Below the pieces are notes generated by a model. That model saw nothing but the letters and a program-made list of their open reading frames with translations. It did not search any database and was not told the DNA's origin. Below are positions 47,095 through 55,709 of a stretch of 64,000 nt of DNA, piece after piece. The DNA is from Candidatus Latescibacterota bacterium (lineage in GTDB: Bacteria; Latescibacterota; UBA2968; UBA8231). Made by a program: the position numbers and the translations under genes. The DNA is taken from the NCBI GenBank assembly GCA_964291625.2, contig OZ220089.1, forward strand, positions 3,712,001-3,776,000, written 5' to 3'. Numbering within the stretch: position 1 is the first letter of the stretch; every line of letters begins with the position of its first letter.

Positions 47095-48033
47095 ATGGCA
47101 CCGAGTGTGGCCGCACGGCTGCGGGGACCGGTCGTCCCGCTCAACGTCTGCTTCACCGCCGCCGGCGAGGTCGACCTGCCGGCCATGGTCCGCTACGCCG
47201 ACTGGCTGTGCGCCCAGGGGGTGCCGGTGCTCCTGCTCACCTACGGCAGCAGCGAGTACGCCTGGCTCTCCGACGACGACATCTACCGCCTGACGGCGGC
47301 GATCTCCGAGAGCGTCGCCGGGCGCGCCTGCTTCGTCACCTCCTCCGCCTTCTGGCCGGCCAAGGTCTGCGCCCCCTTCCTGCGCCATGCCCAGGAGGTC
47401 GGCGCCGACGCGGTGAAGGTGCAGATCAACCCGTGGGCCCTGTCCGGCTCAGGGGAGCGCAAGGCGGAGCTGCTGCGCACCTACTTCGACGAGGCCGGGG
47501 AGGGCTCGACGATCCCCCTGCTCCTGTGGCTGAACAGCGGCGGCGGGCCGTCGCTGCCGGTGGAGGTGGTGGCCGAGATGGCCGGGCGGGAACGCGTCGT
47601 GGGCCTGAAGAACGACGACCACCCCTTCTACGACTACTACGACCTGTGCCGGGCCACGAAGGACGAAGAGTTCGCCGTCCTCAGCGGCGGCCAGATGCGC
47701 AACTTCGTCCTCGGCCACCAGCTCGGCTCCGCCGGGTACCTGTGCACCGCCGCCCCCTTCCGGCCCGACGTGGCCCTGGCCTTCTACGACATCCTCGCCC
47801 GGGGCGACTACGACGGCGCCTGGCGGGCGGTGGCCCGCTGGGAGGACCGCTGGCTGTCCGCGGCCGTGGAGATCGGCTGGCTGCGGGCGATCAAGACCGC
47901 CCTGTTCCTGCACGGCCTGCAGCCCTCGGACCGCCTCGGCGGCACCTGGACCGAGGCCACCCCCGACGAGCGCGAGGCCGTGGGGCGGGTCCTGACCGAG
48001 GTCTTCGGACCGATCGAGAGGGTGGAGTTGTGA
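47095..48033 (+). CDS. Dihydrodipicolinate synthase-family protein (divergent)
   Basis: PVVPLNVCFT..GEVD, LTYGSSEY, GADAV, VVGLKND. Confidence 0.85.
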   Translation: MAPSVAARLRGPVVPLNVCFTAAGEVDLPAMVRYADWLCAQGVPVLLLTYGSSEYAWLSDDDIYRLTAAISESVAGRACFVTSSAFWPAKVCAPFLRHAQEVGADAVKVQINPWALSGSGERKAELLRTYFDEAGEGSTIPLLLWLNSGGGPSLPVEVVAEMAGRERVVGLKNDDHPFYDYYDLCRATKDEEFAVLSGGQMRNFVLGHQLGSAGYLCTAAPFRPDVALAFYDILARGDYDGAWRAVARWEDRWLSAAVEIGWLRAIKTALFLHGLQPSDRLGGTWTEATPDEREAVGRVLTEVFGPIERVEL

Positions 48034-48051
48034 GCGACTTGGCGGCGGGGG

Positions 48052-48246
48052 CTATCGGGTCCCGACCTCGGGCACCGAAAGGCCGCGACAGATCTTCTGG
48101 GCTAGGCGGTTGGGTATCTCAGTGTGGCGCGGGATGGCTTCGACGGCACCCGTGTCTGGGCTGTACCACAGTGAATGGGCCCGTCCCTCCCGTTTGAGGC
48201 GACACCCATGTCTTCTAAGGTGCCGTAGCAGCCCGCCCCGCTTCAC
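48052..48246 (-). CDS. hicA: HicA toxin
   Basis: VKRGGLLRHLRRHGCRLKREGRAHSLW...IPRHTEI; GTGA overlap with the hicB stop. Confidence 0.9.
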   Translation of the reverse strand: MKRGGLLRHLRRHGCRLKREGRAHSLWYSPDTGAVEAIPRHTEIPNRLAQKICRGLSVPEVGTR

Positions 48247-48458
48247 GGGACGCTGATGCTCTCCCGGATGGCATCTGGCGGGACGGCTCGCAGGCCCTCC
48301 TCGCGGCGATCCTCGAGGATGAGCGCAATAGCCTCGGCCAGGCTCGCGCGAACCTCGTCCCTGGTTCGGCCCTGACCATTGGCCCCGGGGATCTCCGGGC
48401 ACCAGGCGATGAACCAGTCCCCTTCCTCTTCGATGATCGCCGTGAACTCATTCTTCAT
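48243..48458 (-). CDS. hicB: HicB antitoxin (short, no C-terminal DNA-binding domain)
   Basis: MKNEFTAIIEEEGDWFIAWCPEIPGANGQGRTRDEVRASLAEAI. Confidence 0.92.
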   Translation of the reverse strand: MKNEFTAIIEEEGDWFIAWCPEIPGANGQGRTRDEVRASLAEAIALILEDRREEGLRAVPPDAIRESISVP

Positions 48459-48557
48459 GATACAGCCTCGCCGGGTTGAGGACGGTCCGTTCGAATAACG
48501 CCACGAGGTCCTTGTCCGACAAGCGCGGGGTGTCAAGGGTAGATCCTGAGGATAATC

Positions 48558-48585
48558 CCAACGCCAGCCCCTCCCCGTTCGTCAT
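48558..48585 (+). promoter_or_regulatory. Putative ECF-type (autoregulatory) promoter
   Basis: AAC (48560-48562)-N17-CGTC (48580-48583) just upstream of the ECF sigma gene. Confidence 0.45.
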
Positions 48586-48610
48586 TCAGGTGTGAGAGCA
48601 GACGCCCCGG

Positions 48611-49081
48611 ATGACGATCGACGGCCTCTACGAGGAGCACGAGGAGAGCCTGCAGCGGCAGGCGTTCCGCCTGACGCGGGATGCCGACGCCGCAGAGGAC
48701 CTGGTGCAGGAGACCTTCGTCCGGGCCCTGGGGCACCGGCTGCTGCTGGCGCAACTGAACCGGCACCAGCGGCTCGCCTGGCTGAGGCGGACCTTGAAGC
48801 GCCTGTTCCTGGACCGGCGGGCGGAGCGGCAGCGTCGGGCCGCCCTCCTGGAGGTCTACGCGGGCGAGGTCCCTGCGGCGGTCGATCCCGTGGAGGACGA
48901 CGGCTTCGATCCCTTCGACCTGGCGCCGGCCGAGGACCGCGAGCTGCTGGAGATGCGCTACCGGCAGGGCCTCTCGAGCGCCGAGATCGCGGCCGAGCTG
49001 GACCTGCCTCCCGGCACGGTTCGCTGGCGTCTGCACCGGGCGGTCCGCCGCATGCGGGCCCACAAGCACCGCTTCCTCTGA
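48611..49081 (+). CDS. ECF (group 4 sigma70) RNA polymerase sigma factor
   Basis: Region 2 AEDLVQETFVRA...AWL; region 4 LEMRY..GLSSAEIAAELDLPPGTVRWRLHRA. Confidence 0.88.
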   Translation: MTIDGLYEEHEESLQRQAFRLTRDADAAEDLVQETFVRALGHRLLLAQLNRHQRLAWLRRTLKRLFLDRRAERQRRAALLEVYAGEVPAAVDPVEDDGFDPFDLAPAEDRELLEMRYRQGLSSAEIAAELDLPPGTVRWRLHRAVRRMRAHKHRFL

Positions 49082-49107
49082 GGCGGGACAAGACGAAGGA
49101 GAAGACC

Positions 49108-50370
49108 ATGAGCTCCGAGCAGCCCCCGGCGGGCAAGGCCATCGGCAACGTCGGCATCCTGGACATTCGCGAGGCCACGGAAGAGGCCCTCGGCGGGATC
49201 GGCGCCATCGGCAACGTGGGGATGATCCTCTACTCGCCGGCGACGGCCGGGTGGGTCACGAGGCTGAGCGCGGGGAATGTGGGCTGTACCCTTCAGGTAC
49301 CCGCCGGCGCGTCCGTCATGACGGGCACCGAGACGTGGAGCCGGACATCGATCGAGGGGAAGGAACCCCTCCGTCTGGTCGTCACCGGCAAGCTCCTCGT
49401 GCACCCGCACGTCCCCCGCGAGACCCTGGAAGAGAACCTGGAGAGCCTGGCCGTGGTCGGCGAGGTCACCAGCCCGGACCATCTGGCCGGCGTCATTCGG
49501 GCCAGGGCGCGCGATGTCACGGGCCGGCTCACCGCCTATCCCTGGGAGGAAGGGGGCCGCTTCTTCGCCGACAAGGTCACCCTGGACGGCCGTTTCCTGG
49601 AGGACCTGGGGGAGGGCTCCCACATCGTCGCCCTGGGCGGCGTCAGCGCTCCCGAGGTGCTGGACGACGAGCTGCTGCGGCGCAAGGTTTCGTCCCTCTA
49701 CATCGGGGGCCGGCTCCACTGCCGGGAGGAGAACCTCGCGGCGCTGCGCTCGCGGCTCCACGGCCGCAGCCCGTCGCCGAGAACCACCGCCGTTCCCGCC
49801 GGGTTCGAGGCGGTGGAGGGGAGGCTTCGGTTGGACATGGCCGCCCTGGGATCCCTGCCGGGGCGCCGGCTCTACTGCACGGGGCTGGTCGAGGTCGAGG
49901 CCGAGGTCGAGGCGGAGGCGCTGGAGGAAGCGGTCGACGCGCTTCAGGCGACCCGGCTGCTCGTCGCCCCGGCCCATCTCGAGGGGGCCCTGGCGGCGCG
50001 CTGCAACCTCCTGCAGACGAAAGCCGTCTTCTACGAAGGCGAGCTGTGGCACATCGAGGATGAGAGCGAGGACAAGGCCGAGCTGCTCCCCTCCCGCTTC
50101 GAGTGGCTGGACGGCAAGGCGACCCTGCTGGTGCGCGGAGACCTGCGGATCGCCGCCGACATCGACCCGCGGGTCCTGGCCGACCGCCTGCACAAGGTCC
50201 ACAATCTCGGCCGGATCGTCTGCACACCGGAGCAGATGGGGGCCGTGCAGGCTCGCCTCGGCCTGGACGAGGGGCAGCTGAAGGCCAGGGCCGCCGGCGA
50301 CCGGGCGAAGGGTCCGGAGGCCAAGGGCGGGAAGGACGGAATCCAGAACGTCGGCTATCTTCGCCTGTGA
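49108..50370 (+). CDS. Soluble repeat protein of unknown function, co-transcribed with the ECF sigma
   Basis: AAGGAG RBS; GNVG motif three times at the N-terminus and QNVG at the extreme C-terminus; degenerate V.G.L/V..P repeats; no TM segment. Confidence 0.75.
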   Translation: MSSEQPPAGKAIGNVGILDIREATEEALGGIGAIGNVGMILYSPATAGWVTRLSAGNVGCTLQVPAGASVMTGTETWSRTSIEGKEPLRLVVTGKLLVHPHVPRETLEENLESLAVVGEVTSPDHLAGVIRARARDVTGRLTAYPWEEGGRFFADKVTLDGRFLEDLGEGSHIVALGGVSAPEVLDDELLRRKVSSLYIGGRLHCREENLAALRSRLHGRSPSPRTTAVPAGFEAVEGRLRLDMAALGSLPGRRLYCTGLVEVEAEVEAEALEEAVDALQATRLLVAPAHLEGALAARCNLLQTKAVFYEGELWHIEDESEDKAELLPSRFEWLDGKATLLVRGDLRIAADIDPRVLADRLHKVHNLGRIVCTPEQMGAVQARLGLDEGQLKARAAGDRAKGPEAKGGKDGIQNVGYLRL

Positions 50371-50374
50371 GCCC

Positions 50375-51268
50375 ATGACCGACTGGCACGAAGCCCTCAC
50401 CCTCGACGGCGAACGCCGGATCACCGGCGGCAGCCCGGACCGCCTCGCCGACGCCGTGCGGCGCGGCGCCGACCTGCGCATCCTCACCGAGTTCCGCCAC
50501 GACGAGCACATCGACGTGGAGTCGGACTGCTCCGAGCTGGTGCGCGAGGCCGCCGAGTTCGCCGTCACCCATCTGGTGGACGACCGCTGGTGCGCGGGGA
50601 TCATGAGCCTGCGCCAGCCGGTGGACCTGCCCGATGGCTTCGGGCCGCGGCCGTCGATGTCGTACTTCCTCTACAACCAGGACGGCACCCAGGCGATCGC
50701 GCGGCTCCACCTCGACGGGCAGGCCGCCGCCGGTCCGCCGGGCTCCTCATCCTCCGAGGGGCCGGAGATGCCGAAATACCACGCCGCCGACTTCTGGGAC
50801 GGCGGCACCAACGCCCCCAGTCACAACTTCGTGTACGACTTCGACAGCTTCCGCTACTGCGTGAACGACCGCTGGCGGGAGGTGCTGGCCCACGACGCCG
50901 ACGGGGCCGTGCGTTCGGGGTCGGTGGCCGCCCTCGGGCAGGCCTTCGCCGCCGGCTGCGCCGTCAAGGCCGGCGTCGCCGGGCTGTGCGCCGAGCTGTC
51001 GGAGTCCGGCCTCGGCCACGAGCTGTTCGTGCAGACGGGCTCGGGGTATCACTACACGGAGACGGACCTGTTCATCGCCGGCTCCCACCCCGTGATCCGC
51101 GTGGCCCCGGCGGTCCCCATGGTCTACCGCAGCGGCAACTGGGACTCGGGGTGGCTGGTGCTGCGCACCGACGGCGTCGTCGTCTACCGCCGCTGCGATC
51201 CCTACACCCTCGCCTTCGAGGACCGCCGCTACCGCTGCCCCGTCCGCTGGTTCGTCAGCGGCGGTTGA
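50375..51268 (+). CDS. Hypothetical protein with internal two-fold duplication
   Basis: WHEALTLDGERRITGGSPDRLADAVRRG vs WREVLAHDADGAVRSGSVAALGQAFAAG; host-like codon usage. Confidence 0.78.
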   Translation: MTDWHEALTLDGERRITGGSPDRLADAVRRGADLRILTEFRHDEHIDVESDCSELVREAAEFAVTHLVDDRWCAGIMSLRQPVDLPDGFGPRPSMSYFLYNQDGTQAIARLHLDGQAAAGPPGSSSSEGPEMPKYHAADFWDGGTNAPSHNFVYDFDSFRYCVNDRWREVLAHDADGAVRSGSVAALGQAFAAGCAVKAGVAGLCAELSESGLGHELFVQTGSGYHYTETDLFIAGSHPVIRVAPAVPMVYRSGNWDSGWLVLRTDGVVVYRRCDPYTLAFEDRRYRCPVRWFVSGG

Positions 51269-51488
51269 TCCGCCTCCTGCAGGAAGGCCGACGGCGAGAC
51301 CCCGAATCGCCTGGACAAAGCCCTGGGGAGGTGCAGCCGCCGCCAGGGTGCGTTCCGCCGCCGCGCCTGTGGTCCTGGGCACACAGCCGCCGGGCGCATC
51401 TGTAGCCTGAGGCACACACCCGCCGCCGCCTGATCCCCCAGGTCTCGCCGGACCGCCCCCCGGCACGGGGATTGCAGCCCCCGGCGGC

Positions 51489-53030
51489 GTGACCGCCACC
51501 GTCCTCTCCGCCGCCACCGTCGGCGTCGACGCCCGGCTCGTCCACGTCGAGGTCGACACCGACCGCAAGCTGCCCTCCTTCACCCTCGTGGGCCTGCCGG
51601 ACTCGGCCGTGCGCGAGAGCCGCGAGCGGGTCATGGCGGCGGTGCGCAACGCCGGGTTCCAGTGGCCGCGGCGGCGGGTCACGGTGAACCTGGCACCGGC
51701 GGACCTGCGCAAGGAGGGCTCCGCCTTCGACCTGGCCATCGCCGCCGGGGTGCTGGTCGCCTCCGAGCAGGTGAAGGCCGACACCCTGGAGGACTTCGCC
51801 CTCCTCGGCGAGCTCTCCCTCGACGGCTCGGTGCGCCCGGTGCGGGGCCTGCTGTCGATGGCCACCGGCCTCGGGGAGCGCGGCGTCTACGCCGCCATCG
51901 TCCCGCAGGCGAACGCGCGCGAGGCGGCCATGGCCGACGGGCCGGTGATCTTCCCGGTGCGCAGCCTGTCGGAGGCGGTGGAGGTCCTGGAGGGCAGCGT
52001 CCGCATCCGCCCCTGCGTGGTCGACGCCGGGGCGGCCCTGCGGCAGGAGGAGGCCTTCGACGAGCACGACTTCGCCGACGTGCGCGGCCAGGAGCACGCC
52101 AAGCGGGCCCTCGAGGTCGCCGCCGCCGGGGGCCACAACGCCGTCCTCATCGGGCCGCCCGGAGCCGGCAAGACCATGCTCGCCCGGCGCATGCCCTCGA
52201 TCCTGTCGGCGCCGACGGTGCGGGAGGCCCTGGCCGTGACCCGCATCCACTCGGTGGCCGGGGTGCTGGCGCCGGGCCAGGCCCTGGTGACGCGCCGGCC
52301 CTTCCGGGCGCCCCATCACACCATCAGCGACGCCGGCCTCATCGGCGGCGGACCGTCGCCGCGCCCGGGGGAGGTCTCCCTCTCCCACCACGGCGTGCTC
52401 TTCCTCGACGAGCTGCCGGAGTTCCAGCGGCGGGCGGTGGAGTCCCTGCGCCAGCCCATGGAGGAGTGCCGGGTCACCATCGGCCGCGCCGCCGCCACCC
52501 TGACCTTCCCGGCGCGGTTCATGCTCGTGGCCTCCATGAACCCCTGCCCCTGCGGCTACCTCGGCCACCCGCGCCAGGACTGCCTGTGCCCGCCCCGCGC
52601 CGTGGAGCGCTACCGCACGCGGCTGTCAGGGCCCCTGCTGGACCGCATCGACCTGCACGTGGAGGTGCCCGCCGTCGGCTTCGACGACCTCGCCGAGGGG
52701 CCGCCGGGGGAGCCCTCCGCCGAGGTGCGGAGCCGCGTCGAGGCGGCGCGGCAGGTCCAGCAGGAGCGCTTCGGAGAGGAGAGCGGCGTGTACTGCAACG
52801 CTCACATGGACGCCCGTCACGTGCGCGTCTACTGCCGGCCCCTGCCCCGCGAGGCGGCCGGTCTCCTGCGCGCCGCCCTGGAGCGCCTCGGCCTGTCGGC
52901 CCGGGCCCACGACCGCATCCTCAAGGTGGCGCGGACCATCGCCGACCTGGCGGGGGCCGAGCGGATCGAGGCCGCCCACGTGGCCGAGGCGGTGCAGTAC
53001 CGGGGGCTGGATCGGCCGGTGCCGGCCTGA
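51489..53030 (+). CDS. comM: YifB/ComM Mg-chelatase-like AAA+ ATPase
   Basis: VGLPDSAVRESRERV, VNLAPADLRKEG, GPPGAGKT, PFRAPHHT, FLDELPEF, NPCPCG, SGPLLDRID, RILKVARTIADL. Confidence 0.95.
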   Translation: MTATVLSAATVGVDARLVHVEVDTDRKLPSFTLVGLPDSAVRESRERVMAAVRNAGFQWPRRRVTVNLAPADLRKEGSAFDLAIAAGVLVASEQVKADTLEDFALLGELSLDGSVRPVRGLLSMATGLGERGVYAAIVPQANAREAAMADGPVIFPVRSLSEAVEVLEGSVRIRPCVVDAGAALRQEEAFDEHDFADVRGQEHAKRALEVAAAGGHNAVLIGPPGAGKTMLARRMPSILSAPTVREALAVTRIHSVAGVLAPGQALVTRRPFRAPHHTISDAGLIGGGPSPRPGEVSLSHHGVLFLDELPEFQRRAVESLRQPMEECRVTIGRAAATLTFPARFMLVASMNPCPCGYLGHPRQDCLCPPRAVERYRTRLSGPLLDRIDLHVEVPAVGFDDLAEGPPGEPSAEVRSRVEAARQVQQERFGEESGVYCNAHMDARHVRVYCRPLPREAAGLLRAALERLGLSARAHDRILKVARTIADLAGAERIEAAHVAEAVQYRGLDRPVPA

Positions 53031-53098
53031 GGGATCCGCCGCGATGGCATGGCCCTCACCAGGGTGTATATTCGGCAACACATGGGAAAGGCATACTC

Positions 53099-53545
53099 GT
53101 GAGACCAGGAACATCCTCTGCTTCTGGCGAAGGTCGGGGCCCCGAGCGCGCGAGTTGGTCTCCTCAGGAGACCGAACTTCGGCTGGAGCGCCTCCAGGAA
53201 GACACCGACAGGATCCGATCCCAGGTAGACAGGGTGGCAGGTTTCTTCGAAGGTCCGAATGGCGTATGGGTCCGGCTCCAGGGCATCGAGGAGGCTCAGA
53301 AAGACATAGGAGAGCTCAGGAAGGACATGAGAGAGCTCAAGAGTGAAGTGGGCAAACTGAACAGCACCCGCAACAAGGTCATCGGAGGATGCGTGGCCGT
53401 GTCCGCCACGACCGCCTTGCTGATCGCCATCCTGCGGCTGGTTCCCGCCGATCCCCCCGTGATCCAGATCCTGCCGCCCTCCAGTGCCCTCCAGCAGACA
53501 CCCGAGGCTGCAGCGCCATCGGTACCGCCCAAGTCCACTTCCTAG
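53099..53545 (+). CDS. Small coiled-coil protein with a single C-proximal TM helix
   Basis: GTG start after GGAAAGG; heptad-like IEEAQKDIGELRKDMRELKSEVGKLN; TM VIGGCVAVSATTALLIAIL; more A-rich codons than neighbours. Confidence 0.65.
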   Translation: MRPGTSSASGEGRGPERASWSPQETELRLERLQEDTDRIRSQVDRVAGFFEGPNGVWVRLQGIEEAQKDIGELRKDMRELKSEVGKLNSTRNKVIGGCVAVSATTALLIAILRLVPADPPVIQILPPSSALQQTPEAAAPSVPPKSTS

Positions 53546-53576
53546 CAGCGAGGCCCACCCCGTCGCCTCCCGGACG

Positions 53577-54362
53577 ATGACCGGGGGCGGTCCCATCTCC
53601 TGCTGCGCCTGGGCCTTCGAGGGTCCGGTGACCGAGACCCTGGTCCGGCTGGCCGAGATCGGCCTGGGCGCCGTCGACGTGCGTCCCTCCACCCTGCGCG
53701 GCGCCGAGGCCCGGGCCCTGGTGCGCAACCTGGGGATGGAGGTCGGCTGCGTCGCCCTCTCCCACGAGATGCCGCCCGGGGCCACCCTCGACTCGGTGGA
53801 GGCCGGTCCCGTGGAGGCCGCCATGGCGCACCTGCTGGGGGGCCTGGACCAGGCGGTCACCGTGGGCGCCTCCCATGCTTACGTGGTCCCCGACGCGCCG
53901 GTCGATGGAGACTCCCTGAAGCGCTACGCCGAGGTCCTGCCCGGCCTCGCCGACTACGCCCGCGCCGCCGGCGCCCGGCTCTGCGTCGAGCACTTCCCCG
54001 GCACCGCCCTGCCCACCGCGGCCGCCACCCTCGACTTCCTGGAGGGCCTCGGCCACGACAACCTCTACCTGCTCTTCGACATCGGACACGCCCAGATGTC
54101 GGGAGAGGACCCGGCCGAGGTCCTGCCGGCGGCGGGGCCTCGCCTCGGTTACGTCCATCTCGACGACAACGACGGCGCCGGCGACCTGCACCTGGCCCTG
54201 ACCGACGGCGTGCAGACCCGCGAGTCCCTGGCCGGGTTTTTCAAGACCCTGGAGCGGATCGGCTATGACGGTCCCGTGAGCCTGGAGATGAGCCCGAACC
54301 TTCCCGACGTGGCCGGCGCCGTCCGCCGCGGCTTCCACCTGGTCGCCGGTCTGAGATCCTGA
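53577..54362 (+). CDS. Sugar phosphate isomerase/epimerase (TIM barrel)
   Basis: LCVEHFP, FDIGH, YVHLDDNDG..DLHL, GYDGPVSLE. Confidence 0.87.
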   Translation: MTGGGPISCCAWAFEGPVTETLVRLAEIGLGAVDVRPSTLRGAEARALVRNLGMEVGCVALSHEMPPGATLDSVEAGPVEAAMAHLLGGLDQAVTVGASHAYVVPDAPVDGDSLKRYAEVLPGLADYARAAGARLCVEHFPGTALPTAAATLDFLEGLGHDNLYLLFDIGHAQMSGEDPAEVLPAAGPRLGYVHLDDNDGAGDLHLALTDGVQTRESLAGFFKTLERIGYDGPVSLEMSPNLPDVAGAVRRGFHLVAGLRS

Positions 54363-55696
54363 TGCGCCTCATCGAGCGCCACCGGCGCCTGCTGCGGCGC
54401 ACCTTCCTCGACTACCAGCACCACGACGCCTTCGCCGAGAACCCCCTGATCGTGTCCCGGGCCGAGGGCCTCCACTACTGGGACGTGGAGGGCCGCCGCT
54501 ACTTCGACGGCATCGCCGGGGTCTACGCCGCCACCCTCGGCCACGGCCACCCGCGCGTCGTCGAGGCGGTGACGAAGCAGCTCGAGCGGCTCCCCTTCGC
54601 CCCGCCCATGCACGGCACCGCCGACGTCACCCTCGCCTTCGTCGAGCGCATGGGCCAGGTGACGCCCGGGAGCCTCGACTTCGTCAAGTCCTTCTCCGGG
54701 GGGTCGGAGTCGATGGAGGCGGCGATCAAGTTCGCCCGCCAGTACTTCCGCCAGACCGGCCGCCCCGGGAAGTACAAGTTCGTCAGCCGCTACCACGGCT
54801 ATCACGGCGCCACCCTCGGGGCGATGGCGGCCAGCGGCACCGGGCCCCGCAAGTCGCCCTTCGAGCCGGGGCCGGCGGGGTTCCTCAAGGTCTTCCCGCC
54901 CACCCACTACCGGGACCGCTTCGACAGCTGGGAGGAGTGCAACCGCTTCGCCGCGCAGCAGGTGGAGGACGTCATCGTCCACGAGGACCCGGAGACGGTG
55001 GCCGGGGTGATCCTCGAGCCGGTGAGCAACACCGGCGGTGTGATCACGCCCACGGCGGAGTACTTCCGGATCCTGCGCGATATCTGCGACCGCCACGAGG
55101 TGCTGCTCATCTTCGACGAGATCATCACCGCCTGCGGGCGCACGGGCTCGATGTTCGCCGCCCAGACCTACGGGGTCACGCCCGACATCATCTGCGGCGG
55201 CAAGGGCCTGTCGAGCGGCGCCGTCCCCTTGGGCGCCATGATGGCCCGCGAGGAGATGGCCGACGCCTTCCAGCGGCCCGGGTCCACCAACTTCGCCCAC
55301 GGCCACACCTACGCCGGCCACCCGGTGGCCTGCGCCGCGGGGATCGCCGTCATCGACGAGATCGTCGAGCAGGGCCTGGACCGACGCGCCCGGGAGCTGG
55401 GCGAGCGCCTGGCCGCCGGCCTGGAGGAGCTGCGCCGGCACGGGGTCGTGCGCGAGGTGCGCGGCAAGGGCCTGCTGCGGGGCGTGGAGCTGGTGCGCGA
55501 GGAGGGGTCGACCGAGCCCTTCCCCGAGCTCGGGGCGGCGCTCAAGAGGACGGCCCTGGCCAACGGCCTGATCCTGCGGGTGGACCCGTCCTGGTTCGCG
55601 GTGGGGCCGGCCCTGACGATCGACGAGGCCGGGGTCGACGAGCTGTGCGGGCGCATCGACCGCAGCCTCGCCGACGCCCTCGCCGGCCTGCGCTGA
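54362..55696 (+). CDS. Class III PLP aminotransferase (BioA/omega-amine type)
   Basis: WDVEGRRYFDG, SGGSESME, GYHGAT, LLIFDEII...GRTG, PDIICGGKG, HGHTYAGHP. Confidence 0.92.
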   Translation: MRLIERHRRLLRRTFLDYQHHDAFAENPLIVSRAEGLHYWDVEGRRYFDGIAGVYAATLGHGHPRVVEAVTKQLERLPFAPPMHGTADVTLAFVERMGQVTPGSLDFVKSFSGGSESMEAAIKFARQYFRQTGRPGKYKFVSRYHGYHGATLGAMAASGTGPRKSPFEPGPAGFLKVFPPTHYRDRFDSWEECNRFAAQQVEDVIVHEDPETVAGVILEPVSNTGGVITPTAEYFRILRDICDRHEVLLIFDEIITACGRTGSMFAAQTYGVTPDIICGGKGLSSGAVPLGAMMAREEMADAFQRPGSTNFAHGHTYAGHPVACAAGIAVIDEIVEQGLDRRARELGERLAAGLEELRRHGVVREVRGKGLLRGVELVREEGSTEPFPELGAALKRTALANGLILRVDPSWFAVGPALTIDEAGVDELCGRIDRSLADALAGLR

Positions 55697-55709
55697 CGGC
55701 CGACCCCGG

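Noticed and set aside
48511-48523. Palindrome CTTGTC-C-GACAAG upstream of hicB as an operator
   Set aside because: Only 6 bp per arm, and this HicB lacks a DNA-binding domain.
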